This document shows, in pieces, positions 26,648 through 34,683 of a stretch of 64,000 bases of DNA; within the stretch, counting starts at the first letter, position 1, and each line of letters starts with the position of its first letter. Source of the DNA: Acidovorax sp. (lineage in GTDB: Bacteria > Pseudomonadota > Gammaproteobacteria > Burkholderiales > Burkholderiaceae_C). The notes under the pieces were generated by a model. The model was given only the letters and a program-made list of their open reading frames with translations. It was not told where the DNA came from and ran no database searches. A program made the translations under genes and the position numbers. Where the stretch lies: the NCBI GenBank assembly GCA_036786185.1, contig DAIQRN010000001.1:13699-77698 (forward strand). Direction: 5' to 3'.

Positions 26648-26877
26648 GTCCCGCCCGCACGATCTCCTTGCCGACTCCAGCCTCCTCCGCCAGTGCGGGG
26701 CCCGACTACCGGCGCCCCCCGCTGCGCTGGATCACGCGCCGCGCGCGCTGCTGGCTCAGCGCATTTCCGCTGGAGGTGAAACGCCGCGACGCCATCCGGT
26801 TTGCCGCGATTGACTACGCCTGGTTCACGGGGACCCGCAGCCTCACGCTGATCCAAGGAGGCCGCAGCCATGGCTAG
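26644..26877 (+). CDS. Hypothetical early protein
   Basis: Coupled ORF in the early operon. Confidence 0.6.
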   Translation: MSPARTISLPTPASSASAGPDYRRPPLRWITRRARCWLSAFPLEVKRRDAIRFAAIDYAWFTGTRSLTLIQGGRSHG

Positions 26878-27325
26878 AGGCATCACGCATTCCTGCGCCC
26901 ATATCTGGCGTCACATCGCCCGCGCTGGCGGCTGGTGGAGCGTGCTGCGCGTTGCCCGCGAGTGGGACGGCGTGTTCGGCATGGCCGAGATCGAGGAGCA
27001 CCTCACCACGCTCAAGCGCAGTGGCTTCCTGGCGGCCATGGAATACCGCCGCGAGGGCACGGTGTATGCCTACACGCCGCAATGCCGCCAGTTGCCGGGC
27101 GAGACGCTGGTGGCGGTGACCTCGGCGGCGCCGGTTGATCAAACGCCTGGCTGTGCCGCTGTGACGGCAGCTGCAGCGGTAGCGGCCGCTCCCCAGCACA
27201 ACGTCATGACCGGCGCCTATGTGCCGCCACCCATGCCGACCGCCCGTGCGGGCGCACTGGACCACACCCGCTACCCCAGCCTGCAGCAGGGCAAGCGCAA
27301 CCCTTACAGAGGCGCCATGGCATGA
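26870..27325 (+). CDS. Hypothetical winged-helix-like protein
   Basis: Coupled ORF with AAGGAGG RBS. Confidence 0.6.
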   Translation: MARGITHSCAHIWRHIARAGGWWSVLRVAREWDGVFGMAEIEEHLTTLKRSGFLAAMEYRREGTVYAYTPQCRQLPGETLVAVTSAAPVDQTPGCAAVTAAAAVAAAPQHNVMTGAYVPPPMPTARAGALDHTRYPSLQQGKRNPYRGAMA

Positions 27326-27389
27326 GCGGCACAACTTCCTCCACCAACACCGCGCCTCTTCATTGATCACCTACCCAAGAAAGAAAGCC

Positions 27390-28004
27390 ATGACAGAAAA
27401 GACCATCCCCCCAGGCTACTGGGAAGACGCCAACGGCGCCCTGATCCCCACATCCAAGATCAAGGACATCGACAAGGACCGCCACCGCACCGTCTCCCAG
27501 CTGTGCGAGGCCGCCATCAAGCAGCACGCCGAGCTGGCGCAGTTCAAGGCAACGGCCATGGCCGAAGTGACCGACTTCATCGAACGCAGCCTGGCTGAAT
27601 ACGACGTGAAGCATGGTGGCAAGAAAGGCAACGTCACACTGCTCTCGTTCGACGGGCGCTACAAGGTGATCCGCCAGATGCAGGAGACCCTGGTGTTCGA
27701 CGAACGCCTGATGGCGGCCAAGGCGTTGATCGACGAGTGCATTCACGGCTGGAGCAAGGGCTCCAACGCCAACATCAAGGTGCTGGTCAACGATGCCTTC
27801 CAGGTCGATCAGGCGGGCAAGATCAGCACTGGCCGCGTGCTGGGCCTGCGCCGCGCCAAGATCGACGACGAGAAGTGGCTGCGCGCCATGGCCGCCATCG
27901 GCGACAGCATCCAGGTCGCCAACACCAAGCCCTACATCCGCTTCTACGAGCGCGATGCGCGCGGCGAATACGTGGCGATCAATCTGGACATGGCGGCGGT
28001 ATGA
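27390..28004 (+). CDS. DUF3164 family Mu-like phage protein
   Basis: 'GYWEDANGALIP', 'GGKKGNVTL.SFDG', 'KPYIRFYER' motifs. Confidence 0.85.
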   Translation: MTEKTIPPGYWEDANGALIPTSKIKDIDKDRHRTVSQLCEAAIKQHAELAQFKATAMAEVTDFIERSLAEYDVKHGGKKGNVTLLSFDGRYKVIRQMQETLVFDERLMAAKALIDECIHGWSKGSNANIKVLVNDAFQVDQAGKISTGRVLGLRRAKIDDEKWLRAMAAIGDSIQVANTKPYIRFYERDARGEYVAINLDMAAV

Positions 28005-28228
28005 GCATGCACCGCAACGCCACTATCTCTCAAGTTGCAGCGTCTGTCGCCAGCAGTGATGCGGGCCGCGACATCAAAGCGTCGCAGGCGCAGGCCGTCC
28101 TGCACATCGCACTGCGCACCGTCATCGGCCTCAACTGCCTGAACGGCAGAACCCTGGACATCGACCTGGGCAACGGCCACATCCTGCACTGCAGCGTGAA
28201 GCGGGCCATCGGCCCCACCAACGTTTAA
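28001..28228 (+). CDS. Hypothetical (HU-like fragment pattern)
   Basis: Coupled ORF starting MSMHRNATISQVA. Confidence 0.5.
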   Translation: MSMHRNATISQVAASVASSDAGRDIKASQAQAVLHIALRTVIGLNCLNGRTLDIDLGNGHILHCSVKRAIGPTNV

Positions 28229-28243
28229 AGCAAGGGAGCAACC

Positions 28244-28504
28244 ATGCTCAAAGCAAAGCCCCGGGCATCCAGGCCCATGAAGCTCCAGGCCAACACGGCC
28301 GGGGCCTGGAAGGACGTCATCACCTTCGACGGTGCGCAGGACCATGTCACCGACGAAGTCATGGACAACGTCCACTATCTCGGCATCCATGACAGCGGCA
28401 ACACGTCGTTCCGCGTCATTGCCGTTGACCCGTTGATCGGAGTGCTCGCGCATTGGACCCGCGTTGATGGATGGAAGAAGGAGCAGCGCCATGCAAAACG
28501 TTGA
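28244..28504 (+). CDS. Hypothetical phage protein
   Basis: RBS AAGGGAG; 'LQANTAGAWKDV'. Confidence 0.6.
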   Translation: MLKAKPRASRPMKLQANTAGAWKDVITFDGAQDHVTDEVMDNVHYLGIHDSGNTSFRVIAVDPLIGVLAHWTRVDGWKKEQRHAKR

Positions 28505-28934
28505 AATGCTCTCCGCAGGCCTCGGCCTGCTCGGCGCCATCCTGCTCGCCACCCGTAGCCGCTACGCGGGCCTGGCCTTCGTGGCCTGGCTCGCCAGCAA
28601 CATCGGCTGGCTGATCTTTGGCGCCCGCAACGATCACTGGTTCTTCTTCGCCCAGCAGATCGGCTTCACGGTCACCTCGGTGCTGGGCATCTGGAACTGG
28701 CTGGTGCATCCCGCGCTGCGCGATGCCGAAGGCGAAACCGACGACGCCCGCAAGCAGCGCGCCCACACCGCTATTGATCACCACCTCGACCGCGACTATG
28801 TCGGCTTGACCATGGGCAGCCACGTCCTGCACACCACGGCCCCGGTCACCTACATGGCCCTGGAGCGGATCTACCTGGCAGGCGAGGAAGAAGGCCGCGC
28901 CCTGGAGCGCGAGCGCGCGGGAGGCCCGCGATGA
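28491..28934 (+). CDS. Membrane protein (three N-terminal TMs)
   Basis: Hydrophobic N-terminal half; RBS AAGGAG. Confidence 0.65.
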   Translation: MQNVEMLSAGLGLLGAILLATRSRYAGLAFVAWLASNIGWLIFGARNDHWFFFAQQIGFTVTSVLGIWNWLVHPALRDAEGETDDARKQRAHTAIDHHLDRDYVGLTMGSHVLHTTAPVTYMALERIYLAGEEEGRALERERAGGPR

Positions 28935-29311
28935 ATCCGATATCCGTACCCATGACCGCCGAACGGGCCAAGGCCATCCTGAGCCTTGTCCAGTTCCCGG
29001 GCCACACCTTTCGCGTAGCGGGCGATTTCACTGATGGCACCGCTTACCTGCAGGCGTTGTTCATGGCCCCCTGCAACGTGAGAGGCGGCGATTTTTATCC
29101 GCAGGCCACCCGCAAGTGGCTGTTGTCGCGCCACATGACGCAAAGCGAGCTGGTGCAGACAGCATTCAAGTGCGTATTGACCAGCCTGGAGCACGAAGCC
29201 CGCGAGCAGTTCACCTACCGGGGCGCGGCCATCTTCGGTCCGCACTTCGACGTGGAGCAACTGGTGGCGCTGTGCGAGCGTGGCGCGCAGGCGCTGGAGG
29301 TGCGGCCATGA
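28931..29311 (+). CDS. Hypothetical phage protein
   Basis: 'RKWLLSRHMT.SE.VQTAFK...EHEARE.FTY...IFGPH' conserved phage pattern. Confidence 0.7.
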   Translation: MNPISVPMTAERAKAILSLVQFPGHTFRVAGDFTDGTAYLQALFMAPCNVRGGDFYPQATRKWLLSRHMTQSELVQTAFKCVLTSLEHEAREQFTYRGAAIFGPHFDVEQLVALCERGAQALEVRP

Positions 29312-29505
29312 GCGTGCCAACCAAGAGGCAGTTGGCATCACGCCACGTTCGCCGCCTGCGCACCATGCGCACACAACTGCTGGACATGTCGCGTCAGTGG
29401 GAAGACTTGGATCAGTTCTGCGTCAACGATCTGGAGGATTTGGCTGAGTCGGTTGAGGGCGTTGCCGCGACGCTCATTGAGGATGATGGAAAGGGCTCGC
29501 TGTGA
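29308..29505 (+). CDS. Hypothetical phage protein
   Basis: Coupled ORF starting MSVPTKRQ. Confidence 0.55.
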   Translation: MSVPTKRQLASRHVRRLRTMRTQLLDMSRQWEDLDQFCVNDLEDLAESVEGVAATLIEDDGKGSL

Positions 29506-30203
29506 ACCTCGAAGACGCCCTCAAGAAGATCAAGAAGTGCCTGGCACTCAGCCGCAGCGCTAATGAGCATGAAGCCGCCGCAGCGCTGCGCCAGGCCCAG
29601 GCACTGATGCGCGAGCATGGCCTGCGCGAGCAGGACGTGTCCCTGGCCGACGTGACCGAGGTGCGCGTGAAGGCATGCAGCACCGCCGCCAACGCTTGGG
29701 AGCTGCGCCTGGTCGGCGTGATCGCCGATGCCTTTGGCTGCGAGACATTCGGCCAGCTGGAAGGCCGTTTCAACGACGCGGGCAACTACGTCCGAACTCG
29801 CCACTGGGTGTTCGTGGGCATGCAGGCCGCGCCCTCTGTGGCTGGCTATGCCTGCGAGGTGCTGCTGCGCCAGTGCGCCAAGTCCCGCCTGGCCCATATC
29901 GCCAAGCAGCCGAAGAATTGCAAGCCCATCACCAAGACGGCGCGCGGCGATGCCTTCGCCATGGGCTGGGTGATTGCAGCCTCGCAGCTCGTGGAGCGCT
30001 TCGCCCAGCCCGAGGCCGACAAGGCGCTTTTGCTGACCTACATCGATCAGCAGCATGGCGAGCTGACCAAGGGCAAGGCTCGCGACATCACCAAGGCCCG
30101 CAAGACGGACATGGGTCACTTTGCAGCGGGCCATCGCTCGGGCGAGAGCGCCCAGCTCAATCGCGGCGTGGGCAGCATGCCTGCGCAGGGGCTGTTGTCA
30201 TGA
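29502..30203 (+). CDS. DUF2786 domain protein
   Basis: 'KIKKCLALS.SANEHEAAAALRQAQALM'. Confidence 0.85.
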   Translation: MNLEDALKKIKKCLALSRSANEHEAAAALRQAQALMREHGLREQDVSLADVTEVRVKACSTAANAWELRLVGVIADAFGCETFGQLEGRFNDAGNYVRTRHWVFVGMQAAPSVAGYACEVLLRQCAKSRLAHIAKQPKNCKPITKTARGDAFAMGWVIAASQLVERFAQPEADKALLLTYIDQQHGELTKGKARDITKARKTDMGHFAAGHRSGESAQLNRGVGSMPAQGLLS

Positions 30204-30478
30204 GCCGCGCCGCCAAGCCAGCTCAGCAGTTGGCCTATCTCACCATCGGTCACAGCAACTTTCTTTTGGACGCCAGCAAGGCCATGAAGGTGGCAGAGCT
30301 GATGCAGCACGCGGTGCAAGCCGAATGGGACTACGGCTACGAAGGCCGCGAGCGACGCTACATCGCCGGTCCATCGCCGGAGGTCGAGTTCAGACTGGTG
30401 AAGTCTGACCAGGTGCGCATGCCGGACGGCGTGCCGACAACCAACATGGGCGTGCCACGTCCGAGGCTGCTGCGATGA
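30200..30478 (+). CDS. Hypothetical phage protein
   Basis: Coupled ORF starting MSRAAKPAQQL. Confidence 0.6.
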   Translation: MSRAAKPAQQLAYLTIGHSNFLLDASKAMKVAELMQHAVQAEWDYGYEGRERRYIAGPSPEVEFRLVKSDQVRMPDGVPTTNMGVPRPRLLR

Positions 30479-30615
30479 AAACCATCCGCCACCACATCGG
30501 CACCATCGTGCTCATCCTGTGGGTACTGGGCATGCTCGACATCATCGACTTCCGCCTGTGCGTCGGTGCTGTCGGCACCTGCAATGCGCCGCGCGCTTCG
30601 AAAGTGATCGTCTGA
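30475..30615 (+). CDS. 46-aa membrane peptide
   Basis: Read by hand: MKTIRHHIGTIVLILWVLGMLDIIDFRLCVG...; coupled on both sides. Confidence 0.5.
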   Translation: MKTIRHHIGTIVLILWVLGMLDIIDFRLCVGAVGTCNAPRASKVIV

Positions 30616-30902
30616 TGCCCTTCTACCGCCTCAAGACCGGCATCGTCCACATGCGGGGCACGCGCCTGCCCGCGCCCTGCAACGCTCGCACGCTGATCGA
30701 CGGCAAGGAGCAAGTCTGCATGGCCCCCAGCGCATACCTGTGCGACGGCGCCAACAACGCCAACCGCAGCGGCACCTGCGACGCGCCCCTGTGCGAGGCC
30801 CACGCGCGCCAGATCGGCCCCAACCGCCACCTGTGCCCCGCATGCCACCTGTCCCACTGCAACGCCGACCAGCAGCGCAGCCTGTTCACCTCCATCGTTT
30901 AA
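30615..30902 (+). CDS. Cys-rich zinc-finger-like protein
   Basis: 'LCD...TCDAPLCEAHA....HLCPAC'. Confidence 0.7.
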   Translation: MPFYRLKTGIVHMRGTRLPAPCNARTLIDGKEQVCMAPSAYLCDGANNANRSGTCDAPLCEAHARQIGPNRHLCPACHLSHCNADQQRSLFTSIV

Positions 30903-30908
30903 ACCACC

Positions 30909-31391
30909 ATGGCAACCACCACCACCGCACGCCGCTTCACCGCGCACACCAACGCGGTCAACGTCGATGCCCAGCGCAAGCGCGAGCTGGGCCACATCCA
31001 TCAGGGCAAAGCCGCCCTCGGTTGGACCAATGACGACTACCGCTTTCACTTGCAGAACATCACCGGCAAGGACAGCTCGGCCCAGCTCGACGCTGCAGGC
31101 CGCCGCAAGGTACTGGCCCACATGGCCACGCTGGGCTACGCCCCCAAGTCCACCACCTTCAAACCCTTCGACCAGGCCGCCAAGATCAAGTGGCTGTGGA
31201 AGAAGATCGGTGAGGCGGGCGGCCTGCGCGACGCCAGCCCCGCCGCGCTGCTCGTTTTCGTCGGCCGCACCTCCGGCACCGGCGTGGCCGATGTGAAGTT
31301 CTTGCCCACCGCCGAAGCCTCCAAGGTCATCGAAGCCCTCAAGTCCATGCTGGATCGCGCCAAGCGGGCGCAGGGGGCAAGCCATGGTTGA
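30909..31391 (+). CDS. gemA: GemA/Mu gp16 family protein (DUF1018)
   Basis: 'IH..KAALGW.NDDYR..L..ITGKDSS', 'KIKWLW', 'KVIEALKSM'. Confidence 0.85.
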   Translation: MATTTTARRFTAHTNAVNVDAQRKRELGHIHQGKAALGWTNDDYRFHLQNITGKDSSAQLDAAGRRKVLAHMATLGYAPKSTTFKPFDQAAKIKWLWKKIGEAGGLRDASPAALLVFVGRTSGTGVADVKFLPTAEASKVIEALKSMLDRAKRAQGASHG

Positions 31392-32019
31392 GCGCCCGAT
31401 CCTTTTCAGCGGTCCGATGGTCCGCGCGCTGCTTGCTGGAACGAAGACGCAGACGCGGCGCGTCTTCAAGACCCGTAACGGAGGAGTCTGGCCGCATCCC
31501 AACGACCTACCAGGAATGCAGCAGGTGCTGAGAACCTGCCCCTATGGCAGACCCGGCGACCGGCTATGGGTGCGCGAGACATGGATGAATTTGCAGGGCA
31601 CGGGCATTGAGCGCGTTACGGGCTCCAATGAAGACTACGCGTACGGTGCGGACACCCCGAAGGGTAGCTACGGGGACGATCAAAGGAAGTGCTTTGGCCT
31701 GAAGTGGCGTCCCAGCATTCATATGCCACGGGCCGCCAGCCGCATCACGCTCGAAATCAGCGACAGGCGCGTGGAGCGCCTGCAAGACATCAGTGAGGCC
31801 GATGCAGTGGCTGAAGGAATCTTCCGCAAGGTTCGCGGCACTCCCATTGGAGACATGGTGGAGACCGCCACCGGCGGCCAACTGATCTATGCCGATCCCA
31901 GCCAGGCGCGAGAAGAGTATCGACGCCTCTGGGAGCAGATCAACGGCCCCGGGTCGTGGGCGAAAAACCCCTGGGTGTGGGTTCTTCAGTTCAAACGCCT
32001 GCAGGAGCCCCGCCCATGA
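31384..32019 (+). CDS. ASCH/PUA-like phage protein
   Basis: 'ERPILFSGPMVRALLAG.KTQTRR', 'WRPSIHMPR', 'NPWVWV'. Confidence 0.8.
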   Translation: MVERPILFSGPMVRALLAGTKTQTRRVFKTRNGGVWPHPNDLPGMQQVLRTCPYGRPGDRLWVRETWMNLQGTGIERVTGSNEDYAYGADTPKGSYGDDQRKCFGLKWRPSIHMPRAASRITLEISDRRVERLQDISEADAVAEGIFRKVRGTPIGDMVETATGGQLIYADPSQAREEYRRLWEQINGPGSWAKNPWVWVLQFKRLQEPRP

Positions 32020-32222
32020 CCGCTCCTTGCAAAGTCGGCCCACGCCACAAGTGGGCTTGGCTCAAGAACGTCACGAACGCGCAGATCGGCGGGCGCAGCG
32101 CCCGCTTCACCTTGCGCGGCCTGTACCGATGTGAGTGCGGCGCAAGGAAGGTCGGTGCGCCCAACCACAACGATGTCGATCTGCGCGACCTGTTCCAGCC
32201 ATCACAGCAGCCACGCCCATGA
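32016..32222 (+). CDS. Small Cys-containing phage protein
   Basis: Coupled ORF; 'YRCECGARK'. Confidence 0.55.
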   Translation: MTAPCKVGPRHKWAWLKNVTNAQIGGRSARFTLRGLYRCECGARKVGAPNHNDVDLRDLFQPSQQPRP

Positions 32223-32674
32223 TCCGCCTCACCGACATCAACGGCCTGACCCACTACCTGGCACCGCAGACCATCGCCAGCATCAAGGAGGCTGGCACCA
32301 GTTCCCAGTGGCATGGCATCCGGGCGTACGTGCGCACCACTGACGGCAACACCATCGAAGCGAGCGACCGCGTCGATGAGATCGTCAGCCGGATCGGAGC
32401 ATTCACCAGCCTGCAAGCCGAGATCGCCGGGCACGAGGCCGCCAACGGCCACCTGTCTGCCCTGGTCGATGAGCTGCGCGAGCTGCTGCAGGACGCCAAG
32501 CGCGCCATGACCGAGCTGCACCAGGCCGCCATCCCCGACGAGTCCATCGAGGGCGTCCCGGCCATCATCCCGCCCGAGGCCTTTGCCAAGTTCGTGAACG
32601 CCCACGCGCAACTGTGCTTTCTCTTGCACCAGCGCGGCCACAACCCGGCGAAGGAAGGGCAGCGCCATGGCTGA
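32219..32674 (+). CDS. Hypothetical phage protein
   Basis: Coupled ORF starting MIRLTDING; coiled-coil C-terminal half. Confidence 0.6.
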   Translation: MIRLTDINGLTHYLAPQTIASIKEAGTSSQWHGIRAYVRTTDGNTIEASDRVDEIVSRIGAFTSLQAEIAGHEAANGHLSALVDELRELLQDAKRAMTELHQAAIPDESIEGVPAIIPPEAFAKFVNAHAQLCFLLHQRGHNPAKEGQRHG

Positions 32675-32978
32675 CGACTCCATTTCCATGTGCCTTGCCG
32701 CTTACCTCGCGGGCGGCTTTGCCTTGTTTGCGTGGCTTGCTTATCGATGTAAGGAGGAGTCGATTCGTGCTGCTTTCTGGTTGATGTTTCTGTGGCCCCT
32801 CACGCTGTTGGTAGTCGTCCCGGTAGTGCTGCTGGATTGGATCGGCTGGCGCGTCAACATCGAGCGCCGCCCTGATTTATCGCCCTTCGGGTTTCGACGC
32901 CGCGACATAGGACGTGGGTGGGCCGTGCGTTTCTTGCGTCTGGAATTGCAGGTCTGGAAAGACACCCGCCCAGCATGA
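32667..32978 (+). CDS. Membrane protein
   Basis: Two hydrophobic helices. Confidence 0.6.
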   Translation: MADDSISMCLAAYLAGGFALFAWLAYRCKEESIRAAFWLMFLWPLTLLVVVPVVLLDWIGWRVNIERRPDLSPFGFRRRDIGRGWAVRFLRLELQVWKDTRPA

Positions 32979-33394
32979 GCCACCTCGCCGAAGTCATCGA
33001 CACCGAGCTGCTGCCCCAGCTGCTGCAGGACTTCGTGCGCCTGATCGGCCTGGAGTCCACCATGGCCCTGGTCAGGCACTCGGGCGGGCTTCGCATCTAC
33101 ATCCCCACGCCCGAGCGCGTCACGCACGACCATTCATTCGCGCACGTCATTGGTCTGGACAACCTTTTAAAGCTCGCCAAGGACTACGGCGGCGAGGCCC
33201 ACTTCCAGCTCCCCAAGGCCGACAAGGCCCTGATCCAGGTGCGCAACGCCCGCATCGCCCACGCCTACGCCACCCACAAAACCGCCCGCGAGCTGGCCGT
33301 CGAATACCACCTCACCGAAGGCCAGATCGTCCGCATCGTCGCTGCCATGGGCGCCACCGCACCGACAGACCGGCGCCAGGCCGCGCTGTTTTAA
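32975..33394 (+). CDS. mor: Mor/C family transcription activator
   Basis: 'LIGLE.T..LV...GGLRIYIP', 'RNARI...ELAVEYHLTEGQIVRIV'. Confidence 0.85.
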   Translation: MSHLAEVIDTELLPQLLQDFVRLIGLESTMALVRHSGGLRIYIPTPERVTHDHSFAHVIGLDNLLKLAKDYGGEAHFQLPKADKALIQVRNARIAHAYATHKTARELAVEYHLTEGQIVRIVAAMGATAPTDRRQAALF

Positions 33395-33419
33395 AGACGG
33401 GGTGGGGTGGGTTTAAAGA

Positions 33420-33544
33420 CTTCCAACCTCATCAAGGTCGGGCGTTGTGGACAAGTTCACCACCTGTGCCGCAACCTTTTGATTTGATTGAGATTTTTGA
33501 GGTTGGAAGCCCAAGACACTTCCAACCTCAAAACTTCCGACCTC
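33420..33544. repeat. Cluster of CTTCCAACCTC motifs including a 15-bp perfect inverted repeat
   Basis: Copies at 33420 and 33519, inverted copy in 33495-33509, variant at 33534. Confidence 0.8.
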
Positions 33545-33712
33545 GCATCGTCCACTCGATCCCCTGAAACGACTCCCTCGCATAGGCCCCTGGCAGCGGC
33601 TCCCCCAATGAAAACGGGGCCACAAGGCCCCGAAACCACTTCCTGCCACCCCAGGCCCACCTTGGCCCGGAATCGGCCCGTTTTGGCCGTTTTGCCCCTA
33701 TGGCCCGCCCAT

Positions 33713-33832
33713 TCCGTGCCAAAGCCACCGGCAATCTCCATCGCCCCAAAATCCCCCGCAAACCCGCGCCAGCATTAGCGATGCCCAAAGTTATCCACAC
33801 CCACGGTCCGTGCCAAAGCGGTCACCCCCCCA
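33713..33832. promoter_or_regulatory. Prophage end with transposase-binding repeats
   Basis: TCCGTGCCAAAGC at 33713 and 33807; terminal CA at 33831-33832; DnaA-box TTATCCACA at 33791. Confidence 0.7.
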
Positions 33833-33883
33833 TTTGTGGCAGCGCTACGAAGGCGCCGGGAGCGAATCAGCTCCGCTGGTTAT

Positions 33884-33948
33884 TTTGAATTAAATATGGC
33901 TCTAGCGCTTATGCAGCAAGCGCAAATAGCTATTATTTAAATAGCAAA
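33884..33948 (-). repeat. Comamonadaceae-type palindromic interspersed repeat
   Basis: GCTATTTAAATAATAGC...GCGCTTGCTGCATAAGCGCTAGAG; a related copy is at ~35249-35312. Confidence 0.7.
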
Positions 33949-33953
33949 CTCTC

Positions 33954-34622
33954 TCAAAGCATCAAAGCCAGGCTGGCTTCCAGATGTTCCGACGGCAGCC
34001 GCTTGAAACCCGAGCGCGCATACCGCTGCAGCCGCCCCAGCGCAAAGGCCGTGAGCACGCTGGCGGCCACCTGCGCGTCCACCGTGGGCGTGGCGGACGC
34101 CGCGGTCGAGGCGCGCAGGCATTGCCGCAGGGTCGATTCGATGCGGTCAAAGAACTGGTTCATGCGCTGCTGCAAGCGCTCGTGCTCGAACACCAGAGCG
34201 TCGCCCACCATCACCCGCACCATGCCGGGGTTGCGCTCGCCAAACTGCAGCAGCAGCGCCACGATGCGCGCCGCCTGGCGCAGACCCACCTCGGGGGGTT
34301 GCGCGGGGTCGGGCGGCTCGCGGCCGGTGACCTGCGCCACCAGCGAAAAGACCGACTGCTCGATGAAGTCGATCAGCCCTTCGAACATCTGCGCCTTGCT
34401 GGCGAAATGGCGGTACAGCGCCGCCTCGCTCACCGACAGGCGCGCGGCGAGGGCGGCCGTGGTGATGCGCTCGGCGCCGGGCTGCTCCAGCATGGCGGCC
34501 AGCGCCTGCAGGATCTGCACGCGCCGCTCGCCCGGCTTGGGCCGCTTGCGGGCCGCCGGCTGGCCCTGCGCATCGTCGGTGGGCTCGGTCTCGGTGTCGA
34601 TCAAGGGCAGGGGTTCGGACAT
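33954..34622 (-). CDS. slmA: Nucleoid occlusion factor SlmA (TetR family)
   Basis: 'KPGERRVQILQALA.MLE...ITTAALAA...SEAALYRHFASKAQMFEGLI'; close to argB. Confidence 0.92.
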   Translation of the reverse strand: MSEPLPLIDTETEPTDDAQGQPAARKRPKPGERRVQILQALAAMLEQPGAERITTAALAARLSVSEAALYRHFASKAQMFEGLIDFIEQSVFSLVAQVTGREPPDPAQPPEVGLRQAARIVALLLQFGERNPGMVRVMVGDALVFEHERLQQRMNQFFDRIESTLRQCLRASTAASATPTVDAQVAASVLTAFALGRLQRYARSGFKRLPSEHLEASLALML

Positions 34623-34683
34623 GCGGAAAGAGCTGTGCAGGGCGTAAGGAATGTGTGGAAATGATTCTCGCACAGCCCCCTGT

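Larger units (their letters stand above)
1..33832. mobile_element. Transposable Mu/B3-like prophage; left part lies outside the window
   Basis: DDE transposase, AAA ATPase, GemA, Mor, repressor, terminase, portal and tail genes; terminal repeats ending in CA at 33831-33832, then host sequence. Confidence 0.93.

Noticed and set aside
33395..33953. Short ORFs at the prophage end
   Set aside because: The region consists of terminal repeats and a host repeat; the ORFs lack RBS and plausible composition
33833..33960. tRNA or att site at the prophage boundary
   Set aside because: No cloverleaf or integrase seen; transposable phages insert without att sites
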